Below, piece after piece: positions 61,074 through 64,000 of a stretch of 64,000 bases of DNA. Below the pieces are notes generated by a model, which worked only from the letters and a program-made list of their open reading frames with translations, ran no database searches and was not told the DNA's origin. Both the position numbers and the translations under genes were made by a program. The stretch is taken from assembly GCA_965223795.1 (NCBI GenBank), contig CBDCXL010000002.1, positions 1,984,001-2,048,000 of the forward strand. The letters are read 5' to 3'. Position 1 is the first letter of the stretch. Each line of letters begins with the position of its first letter. This DNA comes from Nitrospinales bacterium (GTDB lineage Bacteria; Nitrospinota; Nitrospinia; Nitrospinales; VA-1).

Positions 61074-63650
61074 TCACGCGCCCAGACTGCGCAGGGTGCG
61101 GACGGGTTTGTTTTTCAACACGTCGAGACTGCTCAGGATACCGGTGAGCGTGGTGCCGAAGACGGTCAGCACGATCGCCCAGAGCAGGACGCCGGGGTAG
61201 GGGTGCCAGCCGGCCTTGACCAGGTATTTCATCACCGCCCAGGACAGTGCGGCGGACAGGCCCGCGCCGAGGATGCCCGCGACCGCGCCCAGAGTCGCGT
61301 ATTCGACGCCGAGGATGCGCGCCACCTTGCCCCGGCGCGCGCCGAGGATTTTGAGCACGGCCGATTCCTTCATCCTTCTGTACTTGGTGGAGGCGACGGA
61401 ACCGGACAGGATGAACAGGCCGGCGAGGATGCTGAACGCCGACATGAAATCGACCAGGGTCTTGAGTTTTTCCACCACCGACTCGACGGTGTTGACGATG
61501 TCGCGGGTGGACAGGGCGGTGACGTTGGGCAGGGCGTCGGCCACCGCATGCTGCAGTTTGAGTTCCTTCGCTTCAGGCACGTGCACGGTGGCCACGTAGG
61601 TGAGCGGCGCGCCTGCCAGGGCTGCGGGTGAATAGATCATGTAAAAATTGGTGCGCATGTTGCGCCAGTCCACCTTGCGGATGCTGGTCACCGGCGCGGT
61701 CACGTGGACGCCCTGAATGTCCATCGTGATCGTCGAGCCGATCGTCGCGCCGAGCCGGCGGGCCGCGTCTTCTTCCAGCGAAACCTGCGGTATGGAGGCT
61801 TCTTCCTCGCTCCACCATTTGCCCTTCACGATGACGTTGTCTTTGGGCAGCGCGCCTTCGGAGTAGGTGAGCACGAAGTTTCTTTTGATGAACCATTCCT
61901 CCTGCTGCGGATTTTTGTACTGCCAGGTTTCGGCTTTCTTGCCGTCGGCGCTGTACAGCTTTGAACGGACGAGCGGCACCACCTCGCGTTTCGCTTCCGG
62001 CGCCACTTCATCGAGGATCGCGGTGAACCGGTCTTTCTGGTCGGACTGGATGTCGATGAAAAAATAATTGGGTGGATCGATCTCGGTGTTGGATTTCAGC
62101 ATCGCCAGCATGTCCATCTGCACCAGGCGGACGGTGAGCACCAGCATGATGCCCATGCCGATGCAGGTGATGATGGACACGGCCTGGCTGTTGGGCCGGT
62201 GCAGGTTGGCGAAGCCGTAGCGGCGCGCCATGCTGCGCGCGGGCGGCAGGGTCTTGAGCGTTTTCATCAGCAAGAGCGAAACGAACCGCAAAAGCAGCGC
62301 CGAAACGGCGAGCGCCGCGAGAAACACCGCGCCGCGCTTGATCGAGCCCGCCTGCCAGAAGATCATCGCCGAAAGCCCGGCCAGCATCAGCGTTCCCATC
62401 CAGAACCGTTCCTTGCGGGAGCCCGAGTCAAGTTCCCCTTCTTCGAGATTGCGCCTGAACAGGCGCAGCGGCCGCGTCCGCACCGCTCTTCGAAGCGGCC
62501 ACAGGCAGAACAGCAGCGTGGTGGCCATGCCGAGGGTCAGCGACTGCAGCGCTGGCTGCCAGTAGAACGCGGGCTCGATCTCCATGTTCAGAAGGCCCGC
62601 CAGCTGCGAGGGCAACAGGTACATCACCGCGTAGCCGATGGCAAGGCCCAAAAGACTGCCGACAAGGCCGAGAAACAGGGCCTGGATGAGATACACGCGG
62701 AACACGGTCGCCGACGATGCGCCGACGCAGTTTAAGATCGCAATGGTGTCGAGCTTGCCCGCCATGAAGGTGCGGACGATCATGGCGACGCCGATGCCGC
62801 CCATGAGCAGCGCGATGACACCCACCGCGCCCAGGTACTGGCCCATGCGTTCGATGGAGTCGGTGAGCGAGGACTGCATGTCCTTGTAGGTGCGCAGGCG
62901 CAGCGTTTTGTCGGAGAGACCGCGTTTGAGAATCGCCAGGCCGAGTTCCGGCTCCATGCTGTCGGGAAGCTTGATCAGCGTGCGGTGCTTCACCCGGCTG
63001 CCGGGGCGGATCAGGTCCGCGGCTCTCAAGGTTGCGTGCGAGACGAACACGCGCGGGCCGATGCTGAACGCGCGCGAGATGCGGTCCGGTTCGGCCTCGA
63101 CCGTGGCGGTGATGGTGACTTGCTGATTGCCGAGGTGAAACGCTTCACCCAACTGAAGTCCAGTGCGCGTGAGAAAACCCGGCTCGACGATGGCGCCGTG
63201 GTCTGCCAGCAAGGACTCCAGCGGCGCCGCGGGCCGGGTTTCCAGCGTTCCGTACAGGGGATACAAAGGCGGCGTGGCCGGCACGGATTTGAGTTCCACC
63301 AGCAAAGACGTTTCTTTTCCCGCGGCGCTGTTTTTGTGGTGGCGGGCCATCGCGTGCAGTTCCTTGATGAACACGAACCGGGTCTCCGGCGGCAGCGCCT
63401 GTTTCTGGTAGGCGAGGTCTTTTTCGTTCTGCTCCCAGCTTCCCTTGATGGCGATGTCCGCCGCCAGCAGACTTTTCGACTGCCTGCTGACGGTGTGATC
63501 CAGAAGCGCCGAGAGGCTCTGGATCAGCATCACCGCGCCCACGCCGATGGCGATGCACAAAATAAAAAATGTAAAACGCCGCCAGGCGCCGCGAAATTCG
63601 GCGAGCACCAGGGCGAAGGTCTGCGATGCACTGAGCTGTGAGGTTTTCAT
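61074..63650 (-). CDS. ABC transporter permease, FtsX/MacB-like (YbbP-type)
   Basis: Two permease halves; LLAADI, PLYGTL, PPNYFFIDIQ, RKVDW, LKILGA. Confidence 0.9.
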   Translation of the reverse strand: MKTSQLSASQTFALVLAEFRGAWRRFTFFILCIAIGVGAVMLIQSLSALLDHTVSRQSKSLLAADIAIKGSWEQNEKDLAYQKQALPPETRFVFIKELHAMARHHKNSAAGKETSLLVELKSVPATPPLYPLYGTLETRPAAPLESLLADHGAIVEPGFLTRTGLQLGEAFHLGNQQVTITATVEAEPDRISRAFSIGPRVFVSHATLRAADLIRPGSRVKHRTLIKLPDSMEPELGLAILKRGLSDKTLRLRTYKDMQSSLTDSIERMGQYLGAVGVIALLMGGIGVAMIVRTFMAGKLDTIAILNCVGASSATVFRVYLIQALFLGLVGSLLGLAIGYAVMYLLPSQLAGLLNMEIEPAFYWQPALQSLTLGMATTLLFCLWPLRRAVRTRPLRLFRRNLEEGELDSGSRKERFWMGTLMLAGLSAMIFWQAGSIKRGAVFLAALAVSALLLRFVSLLLMKTLKTLPPARSMARRYGFANLHRPNSQAVSIITCIGMGIMLVLTVRLVQMDMLAMLKSNTEIDPPNYFFIDIQSDQKDRFTAILDEVAPEAKREVVPLVRSKLYSADGKKAETWQYKNPQQEEWFIKRNFVLTYSEGALPKDNVIVKGKWWSEEEASIPQVSLEEDAARRLGATIGSTITMDIQGVHVTAPVTSIRKVDWRNMRTNFYMIYSPAALAGAPLTYVATVHVPEAKELKLQHAVADALPNVTALSTRDIVNTVESVVEKLKTLVDFMSAFSILAGLFILSGSVASTKYRRMKESAVLKILGARRGKVARILGVEYATLGAVAGILGAGLSAALSWAVMKYLVKAGWHPYPGVLLWAIVLTVFGTTLTGILSSLDVLKNKPVRTLRSLGA

Positions 63651-63665
63651 AGACAGTATCGAATT

Positions 63666-63998
63666 TTAAGAAGCGATCGGTTCCGGTTTGCTGTCGGCGA
63701 CGACCACGCCGTCTTCCAGGGTCAGGATGCGCTGGGACTGGGCGGCGATCTCCGGCTCGTGCGTGACGAGCAGGATGGTGGCGCCTTTCACCCGGTGCAG
63801 TTCCTTAATCAGTTCGAGGATGTGGCCGCTGTTTTTCGAATCCAGGTTTCCCGTCGGTTCGTCGGCGAGCACGATTTCCGGTTCGTTGACGAACGCGCGC
63901 GCCAGGCACAGCCGCTGCTGTTCGCCGCCGGACAACTGCGCCGGATAGTGCCCAAGCCGCTCGGCGAGCCCGACCATGCCCAGCAGGTCTTCGGATTT
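63666..63998 (-). CDS. ABC transporter ATPase (YbbA/LolD-like), 5' part outside the window
   Basis: HYPAQLSGGEQQR, ADEPTGNLD, LVTH. Confidence 0.92.
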   Translation of the reverse strand, partial: KSEDLLGMVGLAERLGHYPAQLSGGEQQRLCLARAFVNEPEIVLADEPTGNLDSKNSGHILELIKELHRVKGATILLVTHEPEIAAQSQRILTLEDGVVVADSKPEPIAS

Positions 63999-64000
63999 TT

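Overview
GC-rich bacterial chromosomal window, densely coding. A Nitrospinota-like origin is a guess from gene content only. I saw no CRISPR array, rRNA, transposase or integrase. Left to right: two tandem paralogous multiheme c-type cytochromes (the left one is missing from the ORF track because it runs off the window); an Hpt protein; a trehalose/glycogen cluster (glgX-treZ-treY-treT); secreted SnoaL-like and NHL-repeat proteins; an intergenic region with strong predicted RNA structure; two tandem B12-binding radical SAM genes; a large exported ankyrin protein behind a sigma54 promoter; dapF-dapA-dapB; an MsrP-like molybdoenzyme coupled to an FGE-sulfatase-domain lipoprotein; a minus-strand block (PilZ, GAF/degenerate GGDEF, orphan MreB, Cys-rich protein, ferredoxins, JAB peptidase, NifU-like, TlpA, FGE-CcdA fusion, lipoprotein); tRNA-Val and tRNA-Asp; two hypotheticals; a sigma54-driven PAS/GAF kinase; an SprA-related protein; phoBR; modABC plus an OprO/P porin behind ModE boxes; a second porin; pstSCAB-phoU; and a second ABC-FGE-msrP-DUF1566 unit. 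Best candidate for an undescribed system: the repeated pairing of MsrP-type enzymes (no msrQ in the window) with catalytically degenerate FGE-fold proteins, one of which is fused to a CcdA electron conduit. Other leads are the PilZ-GAF/GGDEF*-MreB operon, a candidate molybdate porin, a lineage-specific Pho box and an unclassified structured RNA. Family names are recognised from motifs, not from database searches.
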